A stretch of 64,000 nt of DNA from an uncultured Verrucomicrobiae bacterium. GTDB taxonomy: Bacteria > Verrucomicrobiota > Verrucomicrobiia > Chthoniobacterales > UBA10450. The stretch covers positions 288,001-352,000 of the forward strand of contig CAWIBO010000002.1 of the NCBI GenBank assembly GCA_963834385.1, in the 5' to 3' direction. Shown piece after piece: positions 41,022-51,080 of this stretch (within the stretch, counting starts at the first letter, position 1; every line of letters begins with the position of its first letter). Made by a program: the position numbers and the translations under genes. Below the pieces are notes generated by a model that was not told the origin of the DNA, searched no databases, and saw only the letters and a program-made list of their open reading frames with translations.

Positions 41022-42260
41022 ATGGATTTCACGATCGCCCAGCAACTCCTGATCTCTCTCGCGCTGGGCATGCTCATTGGTCTGCAGCGGGAACGGGTGG
41101 ACGTTCCGCTGGGCGGCATTCGGACCTTCCCGCTCATCACCCTGTTCGGCACCATCTCGGGCCAGCTGGCCGCTGTGCACGGCGGCTGGATCCTTGGCGC
41201 CGGTTTTCTTTCCCTCGCCGCGATGCTGTTTCTCTCGAATCTGCCGCGGATCCGCGACGGCGAGGCAAGCGGTCTGACCACGGAAGTGGCGGTTCTGCTC
41301 CTTTACGCGCTCGGGGCCTTCCTTGTTCTCGGTCATATGATCCTGACCGTGGTGATCGGCGGCGTGGTCGCGCTTCTCCTGCACTGGAAAGCTCCCCTGC
41401 ACGATTTCGCAAGGCGGGTGGGCGACGCCGACATGCGCGCGATCATGCTTTTCGTCCTGATCACCATGGTGATCCTGCCGGTCCTGCCCAACCAGGAGTT
41501 CGGGCCGTACGGGGTTTTCAATCCGTTCGAGATCTGGCTGATGGTGGCGTTGATCGTCGGGATCAGCCTGGCCGGTTACGTCGCCTACAAACTATTCGGA
41601 AGCACCGGCGGCGTCCTTCTCTCGGGCCTGCTTGGCGGCACCATCTCGAGCACGGCCACCACGGTGAGTTCGGCGCGCCAGGTGGGCGCCGGCGGGGCCG
41701 GGGTCAATCTTGCCAGTCTCCTGATCATGATTGCCTCCACCGTCGCGGTCTTGCGCGTGGTGGCCGAGATCGGCATCGTGGCCGGCGGCAGTTTCGCCGC
41801 GCTCGGTCCGCCTCTCGGCGCCCTGCTCGGGGCGATGACGCTGATCTCGCTGGGCGCCTGGTTTTTCGGACGCGGCCAGAAGGCGGAGCTGCCGGAACAG
41901 GAAAATCCGGCGCAGCTCAAGGTGGCCCTCGTTTTTGCCGCCGTATACGCGCTGATCAAGCTGGCCGTGGCCGCGGCCAGGGACCATTTCGGCGCGAGCG
42001 GTCTTTACGCCGTGGGCGTGATCTCCGGCCTGACCGACATGGACGCCATCACCCTCTCGACCGCTCGGATTGTCGACTCAGGCCAGGTCGATCCGGCGAC
42101 CGGCTGGCGAACAATCCTGATTGCCGCGGTCTCCAATCTGGCCTTCAAGGCCGGGGCGGTGGCCCTGCTCGGCGGCACCACGCTCTTCCTGCGCGTGGCG
42201 GCTCTCTTCGGGCTGAGCACCGCCGCCGCCGCCGCCATCTTCTGGTTCTGGCCGGGGTAG
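41022..42260 (+). CDS. MgtC/SapB family membrane protein with DUF4010
   Basis: IGLQRE, GIRTF, GLTTE, GGTISSTATT, GLTDMDA. Confidence 0.88.
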   Translation: MDFTIAQQLLISLALGMLIGLQRERVDVPLGGIRTFPLITLFGTISGQLAAVHGGWILGAGFLSLAAMLFLSNLPRIRDGEASGLTTEVAVLLLYALGAFLVLGHMILTVVIGGVVALLLHWKAPLHDFARRVGDADMRAIMLFVLITMVILPVLPNQEFGPYGVFNPFEIWLMVALIVGISLAGYVAYKLFGSTGGVLLSGLLGGTISSTATTVSSARQVGAGGAGVNLASLLIMIASTVAVLRVVAEIGIVAGGSFAALGPPLGALLGAMTLISLGAWFFGRGQKAELPEQENPAQLKVALVFAAVYALIKLAVAAARDHFGASGLYAVGVISGLTDMDAITLSTARIVDSGQVDPATGWRTILIAAVSNLAFKAGAVALLGGTTLFLRVAALFGLSTAAAAAIFWFWPG

Positions 42261-42572
42261 GAGAAGAAAGAGGATCGAGAGTAGAGGATAGAGGATTGCT
42301 GCCCTCTTCTTTCCTACTCGTAATCGTAATCGTTCCCCTCCGTATGTAGGACGAATCAATTTGGAAACCAGGAAACCAGGAACTGGGAAGGACGAATCAG
42401 GAAAGTAGGAAACGCAGGAACTTCAGAGGAATCCTGATTTGGAAGCCAGGAAACCAGGAGAAGAAAGAGGATGGAAGACTAGAGGATAGCGGAGGACGAA
42501 TTAGGACCCTCCCTGTTTTCCTGCGTTCCTAATTCGTCCCTTCTTCTTCCTGGCTTCCTGGTTTCCAAATTA
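42261..42572. repeat. GGAAACCAGGAA inverted element with TAGAGGA and TAATCG short repeats
   Basis: Same modules as 19424-19860. Confidence 0.85.
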
Positions 42573-42636
42573 AATTGTCCCTTTGCCGCGCCCGGCCTTG
42601 CATTGAACCGGGGGCCGGCGCGGTGTATCGGAGGAG

Positions 42637-43986
42637 GTGCGCAAACTCTGGATCCAGCTCCGCTCTTCCCTCTGGTTTGTGCCGTCGCTCCTTGTCTCGG
42701 CCGGGGCGCTTCTGGCCTTGATCCTCGTCCAGGTTGATATCAGCTACTCGGGTTCGCTCGCCTGGCGGAGCTGGCATCCGCTCCTGAACGCAGGCGCGGA
42801 AGGCGCCCGCGGGATGCTTTCCGCCATCGCCACCTCCCTGATCACGGTCGCCGGCGTCGCTTTCTCGGTCACCATCGTCACGCTCTCGATGGCCTCCGCG
42901 CAGTACACCCCGCGCATCCTGCGCAATTTCATGCGCAAACCGGCCAACCAGCTCGTGCTGGGGGCTTTTGTCGCGATCTACACTTATTGCCTCATCGTCA
43001 TGCGCACGATCCGCGGCTCGCACGAAGATGATGGCGGTTTCGTTCCGCTGGTCTCGGTGGCGGTGGGCATGGTCCTCGCCCTGGTCTCGATCGCCTGCCT
43101 GATTTTTTTCATCCACCACACCGCCGCCTCGATCCAGGCAGCTGAGATTCTCAATGACGTGGCCCGGCAAACCCGGAAAACGATCGATCGCCTTTTTCCC
43201 GATCAGCTCGGCGAGGCCGCCGGGGATACCGACGACGAAGAGGTGCCCGGCGACTGGGTCGCGGTGAAAGCGCACCGGAGCGGCTATGTCCAGGCGATCT
43301 CGGCCGACCGTCTCCTCCGGCTGGCGGAGGAGAAATCGCTCCAATTTCGGCTGGAACGCGGGCCGGGCGATTTCGTGGTCGAGGATTTGCCCCTTATCTG
43401 GACAAGCCGCGAACTTGACGAGGAGACGGTGGCGAAAGTGCAGGGGACGTTTGCCCTCAACAGCTTTCGGACAATCGAGCAGGACCTGAGCTTCGGCATC
43501 CGGCAGATCGTTGATATTGCGATGAAAGCGCTCTCCCCCGGAATCAATGACAGCAGCACCGCGGTCTCCTGCCTGGATTACCTGAGCGAAATTCTGACGC
43601 ACATCGCCGACCGCAGCCTTTCGCAGCGGCTCGGCTCCGAGAATCGCGACGAGAAACGGCTCATCGCCAGTTCGCCGCTTTTTGCCGACTTTGTCGGCGG
43701 CGCGCTCAACGAGATCCGGCTTTCCGCCTACGGCAATGTCACCGTCCTGACCCATCTGCTCTGCACCCTGCAACGCGTGGCTGCCCGCACCCGGGACGGT
43801 CGCCGCCGGGAGATCCTCATGGCGCACGCCATTCTCATCACCGAGACGGCTGATCACACCGTGGTGGCGCCGTTCGATCGCGCGCGTATCAATGCCGTTC
43901 TCCAGGACTTCCGCGAAGTCTTCGGCGCGAGCGAAGCGGAGGTTCCCGACCTTTCCGCTATGCGCGACGTGCCGGCGTGGACATAA
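42637..43986 (+). CDS. DUF2254 membrane protein
   Basis: SLWFVP, QYTPRILRNF, SGYVQ, RTIEQD, ALSPGIND. Confidence 0.9.
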   Translation: MRKLWIQLRSSLWFVPSLLVSAGALLALILVQVDISYSGSLAWRSWHPLLNAGAEGARGMLSAIATSLITVAGVAFSVTIVTLSMASAQYTPRILRNFMRKPANQLVLGAFVAIYTYCLIVMRTIRGSHEDDGGFVPLVSVAVGMVLALVSIACLIFFIHHTAASIQAAEILNDVARQTRKTIDRLFPDQLGEAAGDTDDEEVPGDWVAVKAHRSGYVQAISADRLLRLAEEKSLQFRLERGPGDFVVEDLPLIWTSRELDEETVAKVQGTFALNSFRTIEQDLSFGIRQIVDIAMKALSPGINDSSTAVSCLDYLSEILTHIADRSLSQRLGSENRDEKRLIASSPLFADFVGGALNEIRLSAYGNVTVLTHLLCTLQRVAARTRDGRRREILMAHAILITETADHTVVAPFDRARINAVLQDFREVFGASEAEVPDLSAMRDVPAWT

Positions 43987-43994
43987 TATCTCGA

Positions 43995-44402
43995 ATGAAA
44001 AACCGTTTTTGCAGCTTCGCCCGGCCCGCCGCCGCCGCTTTGATCGCGGTGGCTCTCCTGACCGGTTGCTTCGGGGGCGGGGCCGGCACCCGGCGCGTGG
44101 AAAAAGCGGCCACCAATCCGCAATACGCCAACTCCCTGCACACCCGCTTCTACGAAGCCTGGCGCCAGCCGGCCGCGGTGAACCTGCCGCGCGGCCGCGT
44201 CTCGATCCCGGTCGACGTTCGCATCGACGGCGAAGGGCGGGTCATCGGTTTCACCCTCGCAAAATCTTCCGGGAACGATCGTCTCGACGCCTCGATCAAG
44301 TCGGTGGGGAACCGGATCAAACGCGTGCCGCCACCGCCGGGAGCCCTGCCGGCAGGCCATTTCGATCTCCGGATTTATTTCGAACTGGATGTAAAGGAAT
44401 AG
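43995..44402 (+). CDS. TonB C-terminal-domain lipoprotein
   Basis: Lipobox LTGC; IDGEGRV, SSGNDRLD. Confidence 0.75.
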   Translation: MKNRFCSFARPAAAALIAVALLTGCFGGGAGTRRVEKAATNPQYANSLHTRFYEAWRQPAAVNLPRGRVSIPVDVRIDGEGRVIGFTLAKSSGNDRLDASIKSVGNRIKRVPPPPGALPAGHFDLRIYFELDVKE

Positions 44403-44413
44403 GGAGGCGAACC

Positions 44414-44557
44414 ATGAGCGAGGAGAAGAAAAAGATCAGCCCGAGCACCGCCTCGGAACCACAGGAAGAATTCATCGACCCGGTCAACCGGCCGAGCGTT
44501 CCGGAAAAGGACGCCGATTCCGGGGAAAGCGACGCGGGCGCCGACGCCGGCGAGTAA
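44414..44557 (+). CDS. Small acidic hypothetical peptide (47 aa)
   Basis: GGAGG RBS upstream of ATG; fills the gap before the tRNA. Confidence 0.5.
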   Translation: MSEEKKKISPSTASEPQEEFIDPVNRPSVPEKDADSGESDAGADAGE

Positions 44558-44561
44558 CTTC

Positions 44562-44649
44562 TGGCGGAGGGGGTGGGATTCGAACCCACGAGGGCTTGCG
44601 CCCTGCCGGTTTTCAAGACCGGAGCCATCAACCACTCGACCACCCCTCC
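44562..44649 (-). tRNA. tRNA-Ser(TGA), CCA encoded
   Basis: Anticodon arm CCGGT-CTTGAAA-ACCGG, long variable arm, GGTTCGAATCC. Confidence 0.95.
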
Positions 44650-44747
44650 CGGCGAGTTTTCGCGCGCTCCATTCTGGCACCACCGGGAGGGAGGGCAAGT
44701 CCCTGGCGGGCGGCCGTCCGGGGTGGGGAAAGCTGGACAGGGGGATA

Positions 44748-44761
44748 TGTTCGGGTGAACA
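44748..44761. promoter_or_regulatory. LexA (SOS) box, Verrucomicrobia type
   Basis: TGTTC-GGGT-GAACA, 6 bp upstream of the radical SAM ATG. Confidence 0.85.
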
Positions 44762-44767
44762 TGTGGC

Positions 44768-45889
44768 ATGGCTCGTTTTGTTCCGCCGCCCCCGGGCGCC
44801 TACGAGGAATACCGGGAAGAGCACCGGGGCGAAGCCCCGCAGGCGCGGGGCGCTTCCGGGAACCCGGCCAATCGTTTCGAAAAACTTCGGGTCGAGCTCG
44901 AGCCGGTGGAACCAACTCCCGGCGACGATGCGGAGGCCGGTCCGCGGCGCGTGCCGACGATCTATTTCCGGGACCAGACCCGGACCATCATTGCGCGCAA
45001 TAGCAGCCCGGACATCGGCTTCGAGACGAGCCTCAATCCCTACCGCGGTTGCGAACACGGCTGCGCCTACTGTTTTGCCCGTCCCTTTCACGAGTATCTC
45101 GGCTTCTCCGCCGGGCTCGATTTCGAGACCCGGATCCTCGTGAAGGAGGACGCGCCCAAACTGCTCGCGGCGGAACTTTCCTCCCCAAAATGGCAGCCGC
45201 AGGTGTTGATGATGAGCGGGGTAACCGATCCCTACCAGCCGGTGGAGCGCCGCCTGAAAATCACGCGCGGTTGTCTGGAAGTGCTGGCCCGGTTCCGCAA
45301 TCCCGTCGGGATCCTGACCAAGAACGCCCTCGTCACCCGCGACCTCGATCTCTTCAAGGAGCTGGCGTCGCATCGGGCTGTGGCGGTCAATTTATCGATC
45401 ACTTCGCTCGACCGGAATCTGCAGCAGCGGCTCGAGCCGCGCACTTCGCCGCCGCAGGCACGACTGGAGGCGGTGGCGCAATTGCGCGAAGCCGGAGTGC
45501 CGGTGGGCGTCATGATCGCGCCGATCATTCCCGGGTTGAACGAGCATGAAGTGCCGGCGCTGGTCGCGGCCTGCGCGGAAGCGGGGGCGCAGTTTGCCGG
45601 TCATGTGCTGCTGCGATTGCCCGGGGCCGTGGCGCCGGTCTTTGAGCGCTGGCTGGCGGAGCATTTTCCGGAGCGGCAGGAGAGGGTGCTCGGACGGCTC
45701 CGCGAGATGCGCGGCGGGAAGCTTTACGACGCGAAATGGGGGGAACGTCAGCGCGGGAAGGGGATCTTCGCGGAACAGATCGGCCGGATGTTCGAGGTCG
45801 CCTGTCGCCGGCACGGCCTCAAGAATGATCGCCCCGAGCTGTCCGCCGCCGCCTTCCGTCGCCCAATCGAGCAGATGAGCCTCCTGTGA
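44768..45889 (+). CDS. PA0069/SplB-like radical SAM protein
   Basis: NPYRGCEHGCAYCFAR, TDPYQP, LEPRT. Confidence 0.9.
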   Translation: MARFVPPPPGAYEEYREEHRGEAPQARGASGNPANRFEKLRVELEPVEPTPGDDAEAGPRRVPTIYFRDQTRTIIARNSSPDIGFETSLNPYRGCEHGCAYCFARPFHEYLGFSAGLDFETRILVKEDAPKLLAAELSSPKWQPQVLMMSGVTDPYQPVERRLKITRGCLEVLARFRNPVGILTKNALVTRDLDLFKELASHRAVAVNLSITSLDRNLQQRLEPRTSPPQARLEAVAQLREAGVPVGVMIAPIIPGLNEHEVPALVAACAEAGAQFAGHVLLRLPGAVAPVFERWLAEHFPERQERVLGRLREMRGGKLYDAKWGERQRGKGIFAEQIGRMFEVACRRHGLKNDRPELSAAAFRRPIEQMSLL

Positions 45890-46208
45890 ATCGATTAGGA
45901 AAACAGAGGTGAATTTGGAAGCCAGGAAGCCAGGAGAAGAAAGAGAATGGAAGATAGAGATAGAGGGTCGCTGCCCTCTTACTCCTACTCGTAATCATAC
46001 TCCTAATCGTTCCCCTGCCGTTCCGAGAAAACTGAATTGAACTCAGGAGAAAGAGCGAATCGGGAAGGAAGAATTAATTTGGAAACCAGGAAGCCAGGAA
46101 TGGGGAGAAACGAATCAGGAAAGTAGGAAAATAGGAATTTCAGAAAGTTCTGTTCCTGCTTTCCTTATTAATCCCTTTTTCCTCCTGGCTTCCTGGTTTC
46201 CAAATTGA
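45890..46208. repeat. GGAAACCAGGAA inverted element between convergent genes
   Basis: Nested pair 46076-46208 plus an extra module and hexamer repeats. Confidence 0.85.
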
Positions 46209-46238
46209 TCTTTCTCAAATTTCTTTTTCGGCCTGCTG

Positions 46239-47585
46239 CTATATGCCGAGCCGCTTCTGTTTGCGCATGACCATGAGCATGGCGCAGCCGCCGATCGCGC
46301 CAAAGCTCGCCATGGTCGGATACCAGACGCCCCAGCCATATTTGTCGATCAGCCAGCCGGTCAGCGGCAGGGCAATGGCCGTGCCGTAATACTGGAACGA
46401 GTCGATCACCCCGGAGGCGAACCCCGCCATCTTCCGCCCGCCGATGTCCATTGGCGCGGCCGTCCCCACGATCGAGTGGGTCGAGTTGGCGGTCAGCGCC
46501 ACCAGGATGAGGAAAAGGCAGCCAAGAAAGATTCCGCCCGGTGTCGGCCCGACCAGGCCGGCGTAGATCACCACCGCGGCGCAAAGGATGACCGCGGTCT
46601 CGAGGAAATAAAGCGTCATTGCAACCGGTGACCGGTGTCCCTTGAAAATTTTGTCGGAAACAATGCCGGCGGTGAACGAGCCCAGCACGGCGACCAGCGG
46701 CATCAGGTTCACCGTCCAGTACACCGCGGGCGGTTTGTCCGCGAGATTCAGGTGCAGCTGGTCCTGGAAATAAAGAACCATGAGCTGGTCGGAACTGTTT
46801 CGCACCGCGCCGGTGCAGGCATAGGCCATGGCGTAAAACCAGATGAGCGGATGCCGGAAAATCTTCGCGAACGATTCGCGCAGGGTCACTCGCACCCCGG
46901 TTTCGCCCGCGGCACTGTGCTCGTCCTCGACCGCGCCGGGATAACCCGCCTTCTCCGGCGTTTCTTTCACGAAAATAACCAGGAGGATGGCGACGAACGC
47001 CACCATGAGCGGCGGAATGCGAAAGAGCCAGCGCCAGTCGCCTTCCGCCACCACCCAGACGCCGACGGTGAACCCGGCGAGGATGACGGGCGCGAGGTTG
47101 TTGATGGCAAACTGGCCAAACTGAATCATGAAGCCGAAAATGCCGGCGAAGGTGCCGCGTTCCGTGCGGTTGAACCAGGCGGCGTTGATCTTGATCATGC
47201 CCGGGGCGCCGTAAGCCTGGAAATATCCGTTCAGGAGCCAGATAAAGGCAAAGGTGCCGAAGGTGCCGGCGAACGAGGCGAACCCGAAGATCAGGTTGAT
47301 CACGATCGTGCCGACCGCACCGATAAGAAGCGAGATCTTGCCGCCGATCCTGTCGGTCAGCAGGCCGTTCACCAGCTGGCCGGTGCCGTAGGCCAGCGCC
47401 CACGCGCTCAGGATGCCGGTGATCTGGAAGGTGCTGAAGCCGAACTCCTCGCGCATTCCCGGAGTGGCGAAGCGAAAGTTGTAACGGCACATGTAATACG
47501 AGGCGTAGAGAAGCCCGATGACAAACCAGTTGAGTCCACGCCGGGGCCGGAAGCCGGCCGGGTAATCCTTGATGATTTCTGACAT
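46239..47585 (-). CDS. MFS transporter, GlpT/UhpC (OPA) family
   Basis: YYMCRYNF, GLLTDRIG, WF...ERG, ASGVIDSFQY. Confidence 0.85.
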   Translation of the reverse strand: MSEIIKDYPAGFRPRRGLNWFVIGLLYASYYMCRYNFRFATPGMREEFGFSTFQITGILSAWALAYGTGQLVNGLLTDRIGGKISLLIGAVGTIVINLIFGFASFAGTFGTFAFIWLLNGYFQAYGAPGMIKINAAWFNRTERGTFAGIFGFMIQFGQFAINNLAPVILAGFTVGVWVVAEGDWRWLFRIPPLMVAFVAILLVIFVKETPEKAGYPGAVEDEHSAAGETGVRVTLRESFAKIFRHPLIWFYAMAYACTGAVRNSSDQLMVLYFQDQLHLNLADKPPAVYWTVNLMPLVAVLGSFTAGIVSDKIFKGHRSPVAMTLYFLETAVILCAAVVIYAGLVGPTPGGIFLGCLFLILVALTANSTHSIVGTAAPMDIGGRKMAGFASGVIDSFQYYGTAIALPLTGWLIDKYGWGVWYPTMASFGAIGGCAMLMVMRKQKRLGI

Positions 47586-47663
47586 GCGCGCCCGAAGATG
47601 AACGGGGAGAGGCGCGGCGTGAATCACAAAAAAGGCCGTCCGCTTTATGCAACCGGTTGTGCC

Positions 47664-47680
47664 TGTCTAACGTTTGTCTA
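47664..47680. promoter_or_regulatory. Candidate CarH-type operator
   Basis: TGTCTA at 47664 and 47675, 11-bp period; reads TAGACA (TnnACA) on minus. Confidence 0.55.
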
Positions 47681-47691
47681 GTGTGGACGAC

Positions 47692-48633
47692 ATGCCGCCC
47701 CTCCGAACCATCAAGGCTGTCGCGCATCAAACCGGGCTTTCCGTCCACGCCATCCGGGTCTGGGAGAAGCGTTATGGCGCGGTGAAGCCGGCCCGTTCCG
47801 AGAACAAGCGGCGGCTTTATTCGGAGGAGGACGTCGAACGGCTCCGTCTTTTGCGCAAGGCCACCCTCGCCGGTCATAGCATCGGCCAGATTGCCCGGGC
47901 CAGCCTGCCGCAGTTGCGCAAGCTCCTGGCCGAAAAACAGTCCGGCCGCGCTCCCGGCGCGCTCGAGCCGGATGAGCAGCAAAGACGGATCGAGACCCTG
48001 ACCGCCGGCGCGATCGAGGCGATCCGTGCTTTCGAGGCGGACGAATACGACGCGCTTCTCGACCGGGCTGCGGCTGAGTTCGGCTCGCCCGCGGTGCTGC
48101 ATCTCTTTATCGGGCCGCTCACAGAACGCGTGGGGGAACTCTGGCGCGCGGGCGATTTCATGATCGCGCACGAGCATTTCGCGTCGCACGGGCTGAGCGA
48201 TTTTCTTTCCCGGTTTGGCCGGCCCGTGGCCGACAGCGAGTTTGCCCCACGGCTTCTTGTCACCACGCCGCCCGGCCATTTGCACGAGCTGGGCGCGCTT
48301 CTGGTGGCGGCAGCGGCGCGGACCCACGGCTGGCGGGCGACGCATCTGGGGGCATCACTCCCGATCGAGGAACTGGCCGGGGCGGCCTCGCGCCTCGGAG
48401 CGCGCGCGGTGGGGTTGAGCATTGTTTATCCGGCGGAGGACGAAGCCCTTTTCCACGATCTCCGACGCCTGCGCGAACTTCTCCCCTCCGACTGCGCCAT
48501 CCTGGTGGGCGGGCGTTTGGCCGGGGAGTACGGCACCGTGATCCGGGAGATCAAAGCCATCCGACTGGAGAACCTGCCCGATCTTTATCCGGTGCTCGAC
48601 AAGCTCGCACGCGCCGGGACCGGCAAACGCTGA
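47692..48633 (+). CDS. MerR-family B12-binding regulator (CarH/LitR-like)
   Basis: IRVWEKRYG, RLYS; W-x9-EH (WRAGDFMIAHEH); HLHELG; GLS; VGG. Confidence 0.88.
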   Translation: MPPLRTIKAVAHQTGLSVHAIRVWEKRYGAVKPARSENKRRLYSEEDVERLRLLRKATLAGHSIGQIARASLPQLRKLLAEKQSGRAPGALEPDEQQRRIETLTAGAIEAIRAFEADEYDALLDRAAAEFGSPAVLHLFIGPLTERVGELWRAGDFMIAHEHFASHGLSDFLSRFGRPVADSEFAPRLLVTTPPGHLHELGALLVAAAARTHGWRATHLGASLPIEELAGAASRLGARAVGLSIVYPAEDEALFHDLRRLRELLPSDCAILVGGRLAGEYGTVIREIKAIRLENLPDLYPVLDKLARAGTGKR

Positions 48634-48672
48634 CCGGCTTGCCAGCGGAGGCGGCCCGGCTCACCGTGCCTC

Positions 48673-49218
48673 ATGTCGCTTGCCCTTGGCTCACTCAGAA
48701 TTGGAATGCGCGTCCGCCACCCCCGCCATGGTCTGGGCGTGGTGAAAGCGCTCACGGAACACACCGCCGATATCAGCTTCGAGGACGCGCCGCGCACGGT
48801 GGCGCCGGAGTCGAGCGAGCTGGAGTCGGCCGAGACCATGGCGGCGGTCACGAGCCTGGAGGTGCCGCTGGCCGAAATTATCCGCGAGACCACCCGCGCG
48901 ACAGTGGAGGCGCTCGGGCTGGAGAAGGACGAAAGCGTGGTCGAAGGGATCGCCAGCCGATGGGTCGGCGGCACGCTTGCGCTGCAACCGGCTGATTCCT
49001 CCCTGCAGGCCAAGGAAGTGCCGCTCGACACTTTTTTCCACAAGATCGTCATGATCCGGAACAACCTCCGGGTGCTCGAGCAAAAGGTGAACGCGAGCGA
49101 CAAGCTCAGCGATGCCGACAAATTCGAGCTGCAGCAATACATCACCCGCACCTACGGCTCCCTCACCACCTTCAACGTCCTCTTCAAGGAAAAGGACGAC
49201 CAGTTCCGCACCAACTGA
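48673..49218 (+). CDS. Conserved hypothetical protein
   Basis: SH3-like GMRVRHPRHGLGVV; C-terminal FFHKIVMIRNNLRVLEQ...YGSLTTFNVLF; start may be 48706. Confidence 0.75.
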   Translation: MSLALGSLRIGMRVRHPRHGLGVVKALTEHTADISFEDAPRTVAPESSELESAETMAAVTSLEVPLAEIIRETTRATVEALGLEKDESVVEGIASRWVGGTLALQPADSSLQAKEVPLDTFFHKIVMIRNNLRVLEQKVNASDKLSDADKFELQQYITRTYGSLTTFNVLFKEKDDQFRTN

Positions 49219-49220
49219 GG

Positions 49221-49505
49221 ATCAGGAAAAGGACGAATCAGGAAAGCAGGAAGAAGAATCAATTTGGAAACCAGAAAGCCAGGAATGGGGAGGAACTAAT
49301 CAAGGAAAGGTAGGAAAGCAGGAACTTCAGAGAATCGGTCTTCCTGCTTTCCTAATTAAATTCTTCCTCCTGGTTTCCTGGCTTCCAAATTGATGTCCTT
49401 TCCTGATGTCCGGATCAGGCTTGCTCATTTTCCTGTTTTCCAGCGTTCCTGATTAGATTCTTCTTCCTGGTTTCCTGGCTTCCAAATTCATCTTCCTTCC
49501 TAATG
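49221..49505. repeat. GGAAACCAGGAA nested inverted element plus extra half copy
   Basis: Nested arms 49221-49407; second pyrimidine arm to about 49503. Confidence 0.85.
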
Positions 49506-49512
49506 TTCCAAA

Positions 49513-50877
49513 TCAGGCTTTTACGATTGTTTTCACGTTCACGAATTCGCGGATTCCTTCCGCGCCCAGTTCCCGGCCAAAGCCTGATTTCTTGATCCCG
49601 CCAAACGGGATGCGCGGATCGGAGGCCACCATGCCGTTGATGAACACCATCCCGGCCTCGATCTCGTTCGCGAAAAATTCCTGTTCCGCGGCGTCTTTCG
49701 TCCAGACGCTGGCGCCGAGCCCGAACGAGGTTTTGTTCGCCAGCCGCACCGCTTCTTCGGCGTCGCCGACCCGAAACAGCGCTGCGACCGGCCCGAAAAC
49801 CTCCTCGTCCCGGGCCGGGGTTCCCTCCGGGATGTCTGCGAGGACCGTCGGCTCGTAGAAAAATCCGGGCCGCTTCATGCGTTTGCCACCGCAGAGCAGG
49901 CGCGCGCCCGCTTTCACGCTGGCCTGCACCTGTTTGTCCACGCCTTCCAGGATGCTTTCGGTCGCCAGGGGACCGAGCTCTGTCTCCGCCTCCATCGGGT
50001 CGCCCACCCGGAGCGCGCGCATTTGCGCGACAAATTCCTGTTCGAAGCGGTCGGCGATGGTGGCGTCGATGATGAATCGCTTGGCCGCGATGCACGACTG
50101 GCCGGTGTTGATCGTGCGCGATTTTACTCCCGTGGCCACGGCGGCGCGGAGGTCGGCATCCGGCCGGACGATGAACGGGTCGCTCCCGCCCAGCTCGAGC
50201 ACGGCCTTCTTGATCTGTTTTGCCGCGGCGCTGGCCACGGCGGCTCCGGCTTTTTCGCTCCCGGTCAGCGTGACCGCCTTGACCCGGTCGTCCTCAATCA
50301 GCCGCGGAACCTGGTCGGAATCGATCAGGAGCGTCTGGAAGATGCCCGAGCCGAACCCGGCTTCGCGGAAGATTTCCTCGAGGGCGAGAGCGCAGCGCGG
50401 AACATTCCCGGCATGCTTGAGCAGGCCGACATTACCCGCCATGAGCGCGGGGGCGGCGAAGCGGATGACCTGCCAGAACGGGAAATTCCAGGGCATGATG
50501 GCCAGGACGGGGCCGAGCGGCTGGCACCGGATCACCGCGCGCGCCTGGTCCAGATCGGTATTCGTCTCCGCCAGGAGGCGCTCCGCGTTCTCGGCGTAAA
50601 ACCGGCAGCCGCGCGCGCATTTCTGCACTTCCTCGCGCGCGGCGGTGAGCAGCTTGCCCATCTCGCGCGTCATGATCCGGGCCCACTCCTCCTCGCGCGC
50701 CTCGAGAACATCGGCCACGCGCATCATGTTTTGCGACCGTTCCGCAAACGAGCTGCGGCGATGCCGCGAATATGCGTCGGCCGCCCGTTCCAGCGCCTGG
50801 TCAAGCTGCGCCGGCGTGTGCGCGGAGAACTCTTCGATGGTTTCGCCGGTGGCCGGGTTGATCGAAGAGAAGGTCAT
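49513..50877 (-). CDS. NAD(P)-dependent succinate-semialdehyde dehydrogenase
   Basis: MPWNFP, TGS, LELGGSDP, GQSC, EEVFGP. Confidence 0.92.
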   Translation of the reverse strand: MTFSSINPATGETIEEFSAHTPAQLDQALERAADAYSRHRRSSFAERSQNMMRVADVLEAREEEWARIMTREMGKLLTAAREEVQKCARGCRFYAENAERLLAETNTDLDQARAVIRCQPLGPVLAIMPWNFPFWQVIRFAAPALMAGNVGLLKHAGNVPRCALALEEIFREAGFGSGIFQTLLIDSDQVPRLIEDDRVKAVTLTGSEKAGAAVASAAAKQIKKAVLELGGSDPFIVRPDADLRAAVATGVKSRTINTGQSCIAAKRFIIDATIADRFEQEFVAQMRALRVGDPMEAETELGPLATESILEGVDKQVQASVKAGARLLCGGKRMKRPGFFYEPTVLADIPEGTPARDEEVFGPVAALFRVGDAEEAVRLANKTSFGLGASVWTKDAAEQEFFANEIEAGMVFINGMVASDPRIPFGGIKKSGFGRELGAEGIREFVNVKTIVKA

Positions 50878-50964
50878 GACGCACTAGACCTGCGGAGCAG
50901 GGACGTTTCAAGAAGCCGCGGCTGCGGGACGCTCTTCGGGGAGCCGTCGAGCCGGGAGGGCATT

Positions 50965-51066
50965 TTCACCACAGAGACCACAGAGGGCACAGAGGACGGT
51001 GAGGGTGGGTTTACAAAATTGCGCACGCGCCCGGCGGTGGGGCGAGACTCCGTCGAGCCTGGGAGC
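50965..51066. repeat. CAGAG 9-mer repeat plus REP-A variant (GTGG)
   Basis: ACCACAGAGACCACAGAGGGCACAGAG; GGTGGGGCGAGACTCCGTCGAGCCTGGGAG at 51036. Confidence 0.8.
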
Positions 51067-51080
51067 AAACGGGACAATGC

